The position numbers and the translations under genes are program-made. This document shows, piece by piece, positions 47,047 to 58,200 of a DNA stretch of 64,000 nt. Source of the DNA: an uncultured Pelagibacteraceae bacterium (GTDB lineage Bacteria; Pseudomonadota; Alphaproteobacteria; Pelagibacterales; Pelagibacteraceae); assembly GCA_913045275.1 (NCBI GenBank), contig CAJWPG010000001.1, positions 4,776-68,775 of the forward strand, given 5' to 3'. Every line of letters starts with the position of its first letter. The stretch's first letter is position 1. Below the pieces are notes generated by a model. The model was not told where the DNA came from, made no database searches, and saw nothing but the letters and a program-made list of their open reading frames with translations.

Positions 47047-47745
47047 ATGAATCATACAATTGCTTTGATAGACGATGATAGAAATATACTTACTAGTTTA
47101 AGTATTGCACTCGAAAAGGAAGGTTTTAATATTCAAACTTATTTAGATGGAGAAAGCGCATTAATAGGTTTATCTAGAACACCTCCAGATTTAGCCGTTA
47201 TAGATATAAAAATGCCAAGGATGGATGGGGAAGAATTATTAAAAAAATTGAGAAAAAAAACTTCAATGCCTGTAATTTTTTTAACTTCCAAAGATGAAGA
47301 GGTTGATGAATTGTTAGGTTTAAAACTAGGTGCGGATGACTTCGTTAAAAAATCTGGAGGTTTTTCAACAAAAGTATTGATTGAAAGAATTAGAGTTCAG
47401 TTAAGAAAAAAAAATGATAATTTAGAAGAGAATAGAAATATTATTTCTCATGGTAAATTAAAATTAGATCCTTCACAACTTGAGTGTGAATGGGACGGAA
47501 AACAACTTCCAGATAAATTAACAACAACTGAGTTCTTGATAGTAAAAGAGTTGGCTAAAAGACCAGGTATAATTAAAGAGAGATCACAGTTAATGGATGT
47601 TGCCTACAGGGAAGATACTGATATTGAAGATAGAACCATTGATAGCCATGTAAAAAGAATTAGAAAAAAATTTAAAAAAATTGACAATAATTTTTCTGCA
47701 ATTGAAACAAGATATGGAAGTGGATATCGTTGGAATGTTAAATAA
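47047..47745 (+). CDS. chvI: OmpR-family response regulator ChvI
   Basis: IALIDDDRNILTS, DIKMPRMDG, LTSKDEEVDE, DRTIDSHVKRIRKKF. Confidence 0.93.
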   Translation: MNHTIALIDDDRNILTSLSIALEKEGFNIQTYLDGESALIGLSRTPPDLAVIDIKMPRMDGEELLKKLRKKTSMPVIFLTSKDEEVDELLGLKLGADDFVKKSGGFSTKVLIERIRVQLRKKNDNLEENRNIISHGKLKLDPSQLECEWDGKQLPDKLTTTEFLIVKELAKRPGIIKERSQLMDVAYREDTDIEDRTIDSHVKRIRKKFKKIDNNFSAIETRYGSGYRWNVK

Positions 47746-49277
47746 TGTTAAGTTATTTTATAAAAAATTTATCTATTTTAAAAAAATTTTTATTTATTAA
47801 TTTTATTGCTTTTTTGATTATTGGAATTTTAACTATATTTTATTTAAATAGTATTAAACCATCGATCATAAAAGACAAAACTTCTAATCATATTAATGTT
47901 TTAAATAACACAATTGAAAATCTAAATAGACTAAAGATAAAATTTAATGAATTTGACATTAGAAATTTTTTATTTTCAACTAGATTTCTTTTTCAAAATT
48001 TAGATAGAGTTCAAATTTTTGATAGTAAATTTAAATTAATTGGAGATACTGATACTTTAGATTTAGATCCTAGGGCATTTTCCCAAAAACTTGAAATTAT
48101 AGAAATGAAAGATCTTAATAAAAATCAAATTCAAAAGAAAAAAGAAAAAAATAATATATCTAATAAAAAAAACTCATTTATTGATTCAGAATTAAAAAAT
48201 TATTCAAGTTCAAGTGATTTTGGAAAACCATATACTTTTACAGAAGAAACTTATGATCAGTTTTTATTAATAACAATAAAAAATGTTTTTTTTGATAATA
48301 AAAATGTTGGTTATTTGGCAATTATAGAAAATGCCAATGATGTAAAAATTGCCATTGATGAAAGAAAAAATTTTATAATTAGGACTGTAATATTGGTAGT
48401 TATAGTTATTTTAATATTTTCTTTTGTTTTAAATAGATATTTTTTAAAACCAATAAAAAATCTTGTTACCTATACAAAAATCATAAAAGATAAAAGTGAT
48501 GAAAAATCAAATATTGAAAATATAAAGAGAAGAAATGATGAGATAGGTGTACTTTCAAATTCACTAGATGAAATGACAAATGAGCTTAATAAAAGAATAG
48601 CAACTGCAGAAAATTATTCTACAGATTTACTTCATGAAATTAGAAATCCTTTAGCATCATTAAAGAGTGCTTCAGATATAATTTCTGAAACAGAAAATAA
48701 AGAACTAAGAAATAAATTAGTTGGAATTGTTTCCCATGATGTTGAAAGAGTTGAAAGATTGATTACTGATTATTCTCAGATGTTAAAAGATGAAGCGGCA
48801 ATTTCATCTGAAAGAATGAAAAAAATAGATTTAAGTCATATTGTTAAATCTGTGGTTGATGATTTTAACAGTATTTATGAGTCCAAAAGATCAATCGGTA
48901 TTAAATTACAAACTAATGGTGGTAAAGAATATAGCATTCTTGGTATTGAAAATAGAATTGAACAAATAATTGCTAATCTTTTAGAAAATTCAATTTCTTT
49001 TAGTGAAAATAACCAGGAAATAATTGTTGAAATATCCAAAAAGCAAAATGACAAAATATCATTGCTTGTTATTGATGAAGGTATGGGATTTAGTGAAAAA
49101 AATACGGATAAAATTTTTAATAGATTTTATAGCAATAGACCTGAAAAATTTGGAGAGCATTCTGGCTTAGGTTTAAATATAGTTAAAAACCTTGTTGAAC
49201 TTCACAATGGAGAAATAATAGCTACAAATAATAAAAATAAAGGCGCAAAAGTTGAAATTATCTTTCCCGCAATTTAA
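47745..49277 (+). CDS. chvG: Sensor histidine kinase ChvG
   Basis: Two TM segments, HAMP (RNDEIG), HEIRNPLASL, RFYSNRP..FGEHSGLGL; paired with chvI. Confidence 0.88.
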   Translation: MLSYFIKNLSILKKFLFINFIAFLIIGILTIFYLNSIKPSIIKDKTSNHINVLNNTIENLNRLKIKFNEFDIRNFLFSTRFLFQNLDRVQIFDSKFKLIGDTDTLDLDPRAFSQKLEIIEMKDLNKNQIQKKKEKNNISNKKNSFIDSELKNYSSSSDFGKPYTFTEETYDQFLLITIKNVFFDNKNVGYLAIIENANDVKIAIDERKNFIIRTVILVVIVILIFSFVLNRYFLKPIKNLVTYTKIIKDKSDEKSNIENIKRRNDEIGVLSNSLDEMTNELNKRIATAENYSTDLLHEIRNPLASLKSASDIISETENKELRNKLVGIVSHDVERVERLITDYSQMLKDEAAISSERMKKIDLSHIVKSVVDDFNSIYESKRSIGIKLQTNGGKEYSILGIENRIEQIIANLLENSISFSENNQEIIVEISKKQNDKISLLVIDEGMGFSEKNTDKIFNRFYSNRPEKFGEHSGLGLNIVKNLVELHNGEIIATNNKNKGAKVEIIFPAI

Positions 49278-49284
49278 TGAAAAG

Positions 49285-49313
49285 TTGATTATTTTTTTTA
49301 AAATTGTTAAAAA
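49285..49313 (+). promoter_or_regulatory. Putative sigma70 promoter of ahcY
   Basis: TTGATT-17 bp-TAAAAA with TG extension. Confidence 0.4.
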
Positions 49314-49342
49314 CCCAACTTTACTTGAAAGGATTAATAAAC

Positions 49343-50629
49343 ATGAGTGACTACAAAGTTAAAGACATTAATCTAGCAGAATTTGGAAGAAAAGAAATTT
49401 CATTAGCAGAAACAGAAATGCCAGGTTTGATGGCGTTAAGAAAAGAATATAAAGGAAAACAACCTCTTAAGGGCGCAAGAATATTAGGCTGTCTTCACAT
49501 GACAATTCAAACCGCAGTACTGATAGAGACATTAGTAGAATTGGGAGCGGAAATAAGATGGTCTTCATGTAATATATTTTCAACTCAAGATCATGCGGCT
49601 GCAGCAATAGCTAAAGCAGGTATCCCGGTATTTGCTTGGAAAGGTGAAACAGAAGAAGAATATTGGTGGTGTGTTAGACAAACTATAGAAGGTAAAAAAG
49701 ATTGGAAACCTAATATGATTTTAGATGATGGTGGAGATCTAACTGCATTAATGCATAAAGATTATAAAGATGTGCTTAAATCAATTAAAGGACTATCGGA
49801 AGAAACTACTACTGGAGTATTAGCATTAAAGAAAATGGAATCCGAAGGCAAACTGATGGTGCCAGCTATTAACGTTAACGACTCAGTTACAAAATCAAAA
49901 TTTGATAATCTATATGGTTGCAGAGAAAGTTTAGTTGACGGCATTAAAAGAGCAACTGATGTTATGATGTCAGGAAAAGTTGCAATTGTTGCAGGGTTTG
50001 GAGATGTAGGAAAAGGTAGCGCAGCATCTTTAAGACAAAGTGGAGCTAGGGTTATGGTTACCGAAACCGACCCTATATGTGCGTTACAAGCAGCAATGGA
50101 AGGTTATGAAGTTGTATTAATGGATGAAATGATCCAAGAAGCCGACATTGTAGTAACTGCAACTGGAAACAAAGATATAGTTACCGCAGATCATATGAGA
50201 CAAATGAAGGATAGAGCAATACTTTGCAATATTGGACACTTTGATAATGAAATTCAAGTTGAAGCATTAAAAAATTATAAATGGGATGAAATTAAACCAC
50301 AGGTACACGAAATAACACTTCCAGATAATAAAAGAATAATATTATTGGCTGAAGGAAGATTGGTAAATTTAGGTTGTGCAACTGGTCATCCGAGTTTTGT
50401 TATGAGTGCTTCATTTACCAATCAGGTTACTGCCCAAATAGAATTATGGAATAATTCAGACAAGTATGAAAAAAAGGTATATGTATTACCAAAACATCTT
50501 GATGAAAAGGTAGCAAGGTTACATTTAGAAAAAGTTGGAGCTAAGCTTACTAAATTATCAAAAGAACAAGCTGATTACATTGGTGTTACAACAGAAGGAC
50601 CTTATAAACCAGATGCCTACCGCTACTAA
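49343..50629 (+). CDS. ahcY: S-adenosylhomocysteine hydrolase
   Basis: [39 protein letters not shown]; ATG at 49343 after AAGGA. Confidence 0.98.
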   Translation: MSDYKVKDINLAEFGRKEISLAETEMPGLMALRKEYKGKQPLKGARILGCLHMTIQTAVLIETLVELGAEIRWSSCNIFSTQDHAAAAIAKAGIPVFAWKGETEEEYWWCVRQTIEGKKDWKPNMILDDGGDLTALMHKDYKDVLKSIKGLSEETTTGVLALKKMESEGKLMVPAINVNDSVTKSKFDNLYGCRESLVDGIKRATDVMMSGKVAIVAGFGDVGKGSAASLRQSGARVMVTETDPICALQAAMEGYEVVLMDEMIQEADIVVTATGNKDIVTADHMRQMKDRAILCNIGHFDNEIQVEALKNYKWDEIKPQVHEITLPDNKRIILLAEGRLVNLGCATGHPSFVMSASFTNQVTAQIELWNNSDKYEKKVYVLPKHLDEKVARLHLEKVGAKLTKLSKEQADYIGVTTEGPYKPDAYRY

Positions 50630-51095
50630 AAGTAGCAGAATTAATATCTCCGAAGAAGACAAGACAAAATCTATTGCAGAAATATTTTCCAACAATATTA
50701 AAGTTGGCAACGTTATATTTTTTAAAGGAGAATTAGGAGTTGGCAAAACAACTTTTATTAAATATCTAATAAATTTTTTACAAAGAAAAAATAAACAATC
50801 TGTTACAGAAATACCAAGTCCCACTTTTAATTTGGTTTATGAATATCAGTTAGACTCACTAGTTATAAAACATTATGATCTATACCGTGTCAAAGATGAA
50901 AAAGAATTAATTACTCTGGGTATTTTTGAAGATAATTCTGATCAAATCACGTTAATTGAGTGGCCTGAAATAATTAAAAATTATAAAACAAATAATATAA
51001 TAGATTTAAATTTTGAGTATGATGAAGAGTACAATAAACGATTTCTTACTATTTCATCAAATAATAAAATTAGTTTTTTAGATGAATTTGAATAA
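50613..51095 (+). CDS. tsaE: tRNA t6A biosynthesis ATPase
   Basis: [30 protein letters not shown]; ATG at 50613 preferred over ORF-track start 50535. Confidence 0.93.
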   Translation: MPTATKSSRINISEEDKTKSIAEIFSNNIKVGNVIFFKGELGVGKTTFIKYLINFLQRKNKQSVTEIPSPTFNLVYEYQLDSLVIKHYDLYRVKDEKELITLGIFEDNSDQITLIEWPEIIKNYKTNNIIDLNFEYDEEYNKRFLTISSNNKISFLDEFE

Positions 51096-52041
51096 GCTAA
51101 AAAAATTATCTGGAGATGCATCTTTTAGATCTTTTTATAGAAAAAAAAATTATAAACATTCTTCAATTATAGTTTATTGTAAAAAACAAAAAAAAAGTAA
51201 TTTACTTATTTATGAAGCAATAAATAATCTTTTAATAAAAAATAATTTACCAGCTCCAAAAATGATAAATAATAGTTATGATGAAAATTATATAGAAATC
51301 GAAGATTTTGGAGACTTAACAGTTTTTCAATTGTTAAGAAAAAAAAAAGAAAAGCAACTATTTTATTACAAAAAAATTCTTTTATTACTTAAGAAAATAC
51401 AAAAAGTAAAAACAAAAAAAATAAAAACATTTATAAATACCCAATATAAAATTCCAAATTATTCTAAAGAAAAATTAATTAATGAAGCAAATTTATTTTC
51501 ACAATGGTATTTGCCCAAGTTCATAAAAGGCAAAAAAAGAAATATTGAAAAAAAAAATATATCAAAGATCTTTAAAAATTTATTAAATAGATTAATTTAC
51601 AAAAAAAAAGTATTTATTCATCGTGACTTTCATGTCTCAAATATAATGATAACCAAAAAACGTCTTGGATTAATAGATAGTCAAGAAGCAGTATATGGTA
51701 ATATAGCTTATGATCTTGCATCATTAATTGATGATGTTCGGTTTAAAACAAATAAAAACTTAAAAGATAAAATTTTTAATCAATTTATTAAAAACAATAA
51801 ATCATTAGATAAAGATAAATTTAAAAATGACTTTGAAATATTGTCAGTGTTAAGAAATTTTAAAATTATTGGAATTTTTTCAAGACTTTCTAAAAGAGAC
51901 AGAAAACATAAATATTTGAAACTTATTCCTCATGCTTGGAAATTGATAGAACATAGAATTAATAACAATAGAACGTTTAGTGATTTAAAAATTATTATAG
52001 ATAAAAATTTTCCAAAAAAAATTAGAAACAATGAAAGTTAA
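51082..52041 (+). CDS. amgK: Anomeric MurNAc/GlcNAc kinase (APH-like phosphotransferase)
   Basis: GDASFRSFYR, EDFGD, HRDFHVSNIM, YDLASL, GIFSRL; between tsaE and a nucleotidyltransferase. Confidence 0.85.
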   Translation: MNLNKLKKLSGDASFRSFYRKKNYKHSSIIVYCKKQKKSNLLIYEAINNLLIKNNLPAPKMINNSYDENYIEIEDFGDLTVFQLLRKKKEKQLFYYKKILLLLKKIQKVKTKKIKTFINTQYKIPNYSKEKLINEANLFSQWYLPKFIKGKKRNIEKKNISKIFKNLLNRLIYKKKVFIHRDFHVSNIMITKKRLGLIDSQEAVYGNIAYDLASLIDDVRFKTNKNLKDKIFNQFIKNNKSLDKDKFKNDFEILSVLRNFKIIGIFSRLSKRDRKHKYLKLIPHAWKLIEHRINNNRTFSDLKIIIDKNFPKKIRNNES

Positions 52042-52714
52042 AACAGCTTTAATACTGTGTGCAGGTTACGGAAAAAGACTAGCACCAATAACAAACGGTA
52101 TTCCAAAACCATTATTAAAAGTTAAAAATATCAATTTATTAGATAATACTTTAAAGTTTGTCAAATCTATTGGAATAAATAAAATAAAAATTAATACTTT
52201 TTATTTAAGTGAACAAATAAAAAATTTTATTGAAAAGCAAAATTATCCTTTAAATATAGATATCGTAAATGATGGTGAAAAAATATTAGATACTGGTGGT
52301 GGAATATATAATTTAATTAAACATTCTGAGGAAGAAAATTTTTTAACATTAAATCCAGATACTTTTTGGGATTCAAATTATATTAATATATTTAATGAAA
52401 TGGAAAAATTTTATTTTAAAAATAAAATCAAAAATTTATTAATGGTAGTAAAAAAGAATAGAAGTTTTGATGTTCGATTTAAAGGAGATTTTAATTTAAA
52501 TGGCAATAAACTGTTCAAAGAAATTAAAAATGAATTTATATATACAGGCTGTCAAATATTAAACAGAAAAATATTTCAACATATAAACAAGAACATTTTT
52601 TCAATGTCTGAAATTTGGAATGATTTATCAGATAAAAAAGAATTATATGGATATGAAAGTTCAAATGAATTTGTGCATTTAACAGATATTGAGATATATA
52701 AAAAGTTGAATTAA
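52031..52714 (+). CDS. murU: MurNAc-1-phosphate uridylyltransferase
   Basis: LCAGYGKRLAPIT..PKPL, LDTGGG, YTG; directly after amgK. Confidence 0.8.
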   Translation: MKVKTALILCAGYGKRLAPITNGIPKPLLKVKNINLLDNTLKFVKSIGINKIKINTFYLSEQIKNFIEKQNYPLNIDIVNDGEKILDTGGGIYNLIKHSEEENFLTLNPDTFWDSNYINIFNEMEKFYFKNKIKNLLMVVKKNRSFDVRFKGDFNLNGNKLFKEIKNEFIYTGCQILNRKIFQHINKNIFSMSEIWNDLSDKKELYGYESSNEFVHLTDIEIYKKLN

Positions 52715-53427
52715 TTAAATTTAATTAAATTTTTTGCTCTTTCTTGATCCAAATATTTTGCATCTAATAATTTAATATTTTCATCAAATTTTAAAATTAA
52801 AGGGTTACCCGTTGGTATTTCTAATTTTGAAATGTCTTGATTATTTATATCAAATAAAAATTTACAGATTGATCTAATAGAATTCCCATGAGCGGAAATC
52901 ATAACATTTTCACTTATTTTTTTTTCTATATTTTTTTTGAAATATGGGATTACTCTATCATAAGTATCTTTTAAGGATTCAGTGTCTGGTAATTTTTCCT
53001 TTGGTATATCTTTGTAAATTTCAATATTCAAAGGATGATAAGGACTATTTTTACTTAAAGGTTCAGGAGGATTGTTCCACGATCTTCTAAAAATATGAAT
53101 TTTATCTTCACCTAATTTTTTTTTCATTTCATCTTTATTTAAGCCAGTTAAAGATCCATAATGTCTTTCATTTAATTCCCATGCTTTAACTATTTTATCA
53201 TCTTTAATTCTTATGGTGTTTAATATTAGTTTTAAAGTATCAATTGCTCTTTTTTGATAGGAAGAAAAAAAATGATTTATATTTAAATCAAGTTTTTTTA
53301 TTAATTCACCAGCCTTACAGGCTTCAAGTTTTCCTTTTGGAGCTAAATCTACATCTACCCATCCTGTAAATCTATTTTCTAAATTCCACTCACTTTGTCC
53401 ATGTCTTACTAGTAAAAGATGACTCAT
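52711..53427 (-). CDS. gpmA: 2,3-bisphosphoglycerate-dependent phosphoglycerate mutase
   Basis: RHGQSEWN..NRFTGW, LNERHYG, AHGNSIR. Confidence 0.97.
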   Translation of the reverse strand: MSHLLLVRHGQSEWNLENRFTGWVDVDLAPKGKLEACKAGELIKKLDLNINHFFSSYQKRAIDTLKLILNTIRIKDDKIVKAWELNERHYGSLTGLNKDEMKKKLGEDKIHIFRRSWNNPPEPLSKNSPYHPLNIEIYKDIPKEKLPDTESLKDTYDRVIPYFKKNIEKKISENVMISAHGNSIRSICKFLFDINNQDISKLEIPTGNPLILKFDENIKLLDAKYLDQERAKNLIKFN

Positions 53428-53453
53428 ATTCGAAAATTTAATATAGAATAATT

Positions 53454-53825
53454 ATGAAAATATTAAAGAATTCATTTTATGTATTAAATATTGTTCTATT
53501 TATTTTCTATTTATTTCCTGGGAGTATTTTGGGGTGCATTTTATATAATGATTGTTATATTCAACCTCAGCTAACGAGGGATTTTTTAGTTTCATCCAAT
53601 CATTTTTATGTTTTTTTTATTTTATCAGTTATAGGATTTTTATCTTTTTCAAAAAAATTAAAAAAAATATCCTATTATTTGATTTTATTATCAATACTTT
53701 TAGAATTTCTTCATATAATTATTCCTAATAGGGGTTTTGAAGTAGCAGATTTACTTGGAAATGTATTCGGAGTAATATTATCTTTAATATTATATAAATT
53801 ATTTAGTTTGAGGAGATCAAAATGA
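53454..53825 (+). CDS. VanZ-like small membrane protein
   Basis: Four hydrophobic segments; LE..H..IPNRGFEVADLLGN pattern. Confidence 0.65.
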   Translation: MKILKNSFYVLNIVLFIFYLFPGSILGCILYNDCYIQPQLTRDFLVSSNHFYVFFILSVIGFLSFSKKLKKISYYLILLSILLEFLHIIIPNRGFEVADLLGNVFGVILSLILYKLFSLRRSK

Positions 53826-54130
53826 GTACATTTGATGAAAGAGAAAAAAGTTTTGAAAAAAAATTTGCCCATGATGAAGAATTACAATTTAAAATTAGTG
53901 CTCGTAGAAATAAATATATTGGTGAATGGGCTTCCAAAATTTTTGGCTATAATCCAGATCAAGAAAAAGAATATATACAATCTGTAATAAAAGCTGATTT
54001 TACCGAAGCTGGAGATGAAGATGTATTTAGAAAAGTTAAAGCTGATTTAAAAGATCATAATATTTCAGACGAAGAGATAAGAAAAAAGATGGATGAGCTT
54101 AATGAAAAAGCGAAATCTGAATTTAAGTAA
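53822..54130 (+). CDS. DUF1476 protein, F1Fo ATPase inhibitor zeta subunit
   Basis: MSTFDEREKSFEKKFAHDEELQFK..ARRNK...W, ADF.EAGDEDVFRKV..DL. Confidence 0.92.
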   Translation: MSTFDEREKSFEKKFAHDEELQFKISARRNKYIGEWASKIFGYNPDQEKEYIQSVIKADFTEAGDEDVFRKVKADLKDHNISDEEIRKKMDELNEKAKSEFK

Positions 54131-54602
54131 TATTCTAATAATTTTTTTTATTATAAATTTTTCTATTTCAAATAGTGAAGATTTAAATTTTATTTATGGT
54201 AAAGCCATTGTTACAGATGGTGATACAATAAAGATAAATGGTGAGAAAATTCGTTTTGGAGGCATAGATGCGCCAGAAAAAAAACAATTATGTTATTTAA
54301 ATGGAAAAAAATTTTTTTGTGGAATAATTTCATCACAAAAACTTAAAGAAATAATAGGCAAAAATAAAGTTAAGTGCATAAAAGAAAAAAATAGAGATAG
54401 ATATAGAAGAATTATAGCTGAATGTTTTGTTAACGGAGATAGTATATCAATAAATATGGTTAAAAGTGGCTATGCCTTTGATTATGCAAAATATTCAAAA
54501 AAAAAATACGCCAAATATCAAGAATATGCAAAAAAAAATAAATTAGGGATATGGAAAATGAAATTCGAGTATCCCTGGCTATGGAGAAAAAAAAATAAAT
54601 AA
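54093..54602 (+). CDS. Thermonuclease (SNase) family protein, secreted or membrane-anchored
   Basis: VTDGDTI, IRFGGIDAPE, DRYRR..A, GIW...PWLWR; alternative start 54102. Confidence 0.9.
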   Translation: MSLMKKRNLNLSNILIIFFIINFSISNSEDLNFIYGKAIVTDGDTIKINGEKIRFGGIDAPEKKQLCYLNGKKFFCGIISSQKLKEIIGKNKVKCIKEKNRDRYRRIIAECFVNGDSISINMVKSGYAFDYAKYSKKKYAKYQEYAKKNKLGIWKMKFEYPWLWRKKNK

Positions 54603-54617
54603 TTTATATTTATAATC

Positions 54618-55217
54618 GTGATTCGAAATAATAAATTTATATTTTTATTTTTATTTTTTTTAATTTCCGCATGTTCATCTGTTCCTAAAAATACAGCAGA
54701 TGGTTGCTCAATATTTTCCGAAAAATATCTTTGGTACAAACATGCAAAAAAAACTGAAAAAAAATGGGGAACACCAATTTATTTGCAGTTAGCTATTATT
54801 AAAATGGAGTCAGATTTTGACTGGCTCGCAAAACCAAAAAGACAAAAAATTTTTAAAGTTATACCTTATAAAAGACCTTCTAGTTCTTTTGGATATTCAC
54901 AAGCAGTTAAAGGTACCTGGAAACAATATAAAGAAGAAACTGGAAATAAATTAGCAACAAGAACAAGATTTAAAGACAGTGTTGATTTTATTGGATGGTA
55001 CACTAATAAAACTGAAAAAATTCTTAAAATTTCTAAAAAAGATTCCTTTAGACAATATATTGCTTATCACGAGGGGTGGGGAAATTATAAAAATCATAAA
55101 CAAAAACAAAAAATTATATTGCTTGCAAAAAAAGTTGAAAATCAATCTAATAAATATAAAAGCCAACTTTCTAAATGTAGTAAGTCATTAACTACTAGAA
55201 AATATATTATTTTTTAA
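54618..55217 (+). CDS. Lipoprotein with transglycosylase SLT-like domain
   Basis: Lipobox ISAC, AII..ESDF, SSSFGYSQA, DSVDFIGWY, YIAYHEGWG. Confidence 0.75.
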   Translation: MIRNNKFIFLFLFFLISACSSVPKNTADGCSIFSEKYLWYKHAKKTEKKWGTPIYLQLAIIKMESDFDWLAKPKRQKIFKVIPYKRPSSSFGYSQAVKGTWKQYKEETGNKLATRTRFKDSVDFIGWYTNKTEKILKISKKDSFRQYIAYHEGWGNYKNHKQKQKIILLAKKVENQSNKYKSQLSKCSKSLTTRKYIIF

Positions 55218-58200
55218 TTTAATTGATCTTTTAATTCTATATCTATCGCATCAATTCTTTTTGTATTCTTTGCTAAAGTTAAATACATCGTTGGTGTTAC
55301 ATATAATGTAAAAAATGTAGATATAATCATTCCACCTAATATAGTTGCTCCAACCGCAAGTCTTGAACCTTCACCAGCTCCTGGTCCAATATTTCCAACC
55401 ACCAAAGGTATCATTGCTATCATAGTACTAAGAGAAGTCATTATAATTGGTCTAAATCTTAAATTGCATGCCTCTCTAACTGCTGTCTCAATATCCTTGC
55501 CAGTTGTTCTTAATTGATTAGCGTAATCAACTATAAGAATACTATTTTTTGTTGAAATACCAATTAGTATTACAAGAGCGATTTGAGAAAAAATATTTAT
55601 AGAAGAATTTAGAAATAATATAAATACTAGACCACCAAATACTGCAAGAGGAACGGTTAATATAATTATAAATGGATGAACAAATGAATTAAATGTTGCT
55701 GACATTACTAGATATGCCGTTAATAATGCTAAAGCGAATATTATATATAATTCATTACTAGTTTCTTTTAATTCTTCAGATTTTCCTTTCCAGGTAATTT
55801 GTTTTTCCGGTGCAACTTGAGACATGGTAGTTTCCAAATATTTAATTGCTTCAGATAATGTATAATTTTCACTTATATTTGCTGAAATTGTAACTGCTCT
55901 CTGCCTGTTATATCTTGATAGTTTGCTTGCTGAACCTATTTCTTTAAAATCAACTAAATTTGAAAGAGAGATTAAACTTCCTGAATTTTCTGATCTAACA
56001 AAAATTTTACTTAAACTTTCTTTGTCTTTTCTATCCTCTAAGTATTGTTGTAGAATTATTGGGTATTCTTTTCCAAGTTTATTAAATTTTGTAACGGTTT
56101 TTCCTCCGTACAATGTTTCCAAAGTTTGCCCAATTGCCTGAGAAGATATTCCTAAATCTTTTGCTTTATTTTTATTGATTTCTAATTTTACTTCAGGTTT
56201 GTTCGTGGTGTAGTCAGACTCAATTCTAGATAAATTTCTATTTCTTCTTAGCATATTAATAACTTTGGTTTGAATTTCTTTTAGTTCTTCATAGGTATTT
56301 CCATAAATAACCATTTGTACAGGCTTATTGTAGCTAGAAACTCTTATTGATTGAGGAGAAATGGGAAAAGCTAAGGCTTGAGGAACAGTAACTATTTTTC
56401 CTATCGCTTGTCGCATTACTATTTGGGAATTTTGTTCTCTATTTTTCCAATTATCTAATAAAGCAATAATCAAAAAACTATTATCCGACCCAAAACCCGG
56501 AACAATCATTAATAATCTATTGTAAGGACTATCTTCAGACTTTAATAAAGGAATTAGTCTTTGTTCAACATCGATAGCTCTTTTTTGAGTATATTCAAAA
56601 GAACTACCCTCATCAGTAAATCCAATAACTAAATATGCACCTCTATCTTCTGAAGGAAGAAGCTCTTTTTTTGTATAATTATATAAAGCACCAGAACCTA
56701 CTATCATTATAATTATAAAAGTTATTATTGTTTTTTTTTTATTTAACCAAAAATTTAATGTTTCACTATAAAAATTTGAGAAACCGTTAAAGAATTTGCC
56801 AAACCACCTAACTAAAAAATTAGATTTTTTTTTATTATCTAAAAATTTACTGCCTAGCATTGGAGATAATGTTAATGCTACAAATGAAGAAACAACAATG
56901 GCAAAAGAAAGAGCAATAGCAGTTTCCTTAAATAAAGTTCCTGCAATTCCTTCTATAAATATAAGGGGTAAAAATACAGCAACCAAAATTAGAGTTGTTG
57001 CAATTATAGCAAATGTGATTTGTTTAGATCCTTTGTGGGCCGCAACAAGAGGAGTTTCTCCGTTTTCTATTCGCCTATATATTGCATCTGTCATAATAAC
57101 CGAGTCATCCGTTATTATTCCTATTGCTAAAATAAAACTTAAAAGAACAAAAATATTAATTGATAAATCAAATAAATAAATTCCCAAGAAAGTTGCAATA
57201 AGACTTACGGGCAATGCGATTGCTGGAACTATCACAGCTTTAAGATTTCCTAAAAATAAATAAATAATTACGACAACTAAAATAAATGCAATAATTAAAG
57301 TTTTGTAGACTTCATTAATTGCTTCTGAGATATATGTGGCTCTATTAAAAGCAATCTCTAAATTTAAATCACCAGGAAGGTTTTCATTAACTTCTTCAAT
57401 TTTCTTTTTTATATCTTTAGACAGTTCTACCGTAGACGCCCCACTTCTTGCATAAATTCCAATTCCAACTGTTTTTTGATTTAATGCTTTTTTGCTTTGA
57501 GCACTGAAAAGAATTTTTGAAGATACTGGTCCAAATTCTAATTCAGCAATATCAGAAAGTCTTACTAGATTATTTTTACCTTTTTTAATGGGTAATTGTT
57601 TAAGTTTTTCTAAATCGTTATATGATTTATCAATATTTATAGTTAGATCAATATTGTTTGCCTCAAGTGTTCCCGCAGGAAGACGAACGTTTTCATTTCG
57701 AAGTGCCAATTCTACTTCTTGAATAGTTATGTTATTTGCAGCCAGTTTTATTGGATCAATCCAAACTCTGATACTTAACTTTCTTAATCCACCAGTTCTA
57801 ATTCTACCCACATTCTTAATACTTGAAAATTTATCAACCAAATATCTTTCAGCATAATCTCCAAGCTCTAAATCATTCCATGTAGCAGAAGTTAAAGCTA
57901 ACCACATTGTAGTTGAAAATCCTGCTGATTGTTTGAGAATTTTTGGAGAATCAGATTCTGATGGAAGTCTGTTTACTACTCTAGCAACTCTTTCTCTTAT
58001 ATCATTTGCAGCATCATCTAAATCAATTGCAGTATCAAATTCAATACTTATTGTACTTTTTCCATTTTCAGATTTTGAATCTATATTTTTAATACCTTCT
58101 GCTCCACCAATTACATCTTCAAGAATTTGAGTGACCGACTCATCAACTATGGTAGCAGAAGCAGATGCATACTCAACTTGAACTTGAACTACTGGTGGCT

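Noticed and set aside
49278-49342. Possible SAH riboswitch or AAAGTTG/CAACTTT stem before ahcY
   Set aside because: The spacer is 65 bp, mostly filled by a promoter-like element; no SAH consensus is visible and the 7-bp AT-rich stem has a long loop.
49304-50612. ORF-track N-terminal extensions of ahcY (49304) and tsaE (50535); likewise sdhC (249), ampG (33859) and uraH (63381)
   Set aside because: Downstream ATGs match family N-termini, RBS position or stop-start coupling better.
54093-54602. Nuclease as part of an anti-phage or toxin system
   Set aside because: It has an export-type N-terminus and no neighbouring immunity, methylase or defence genes.
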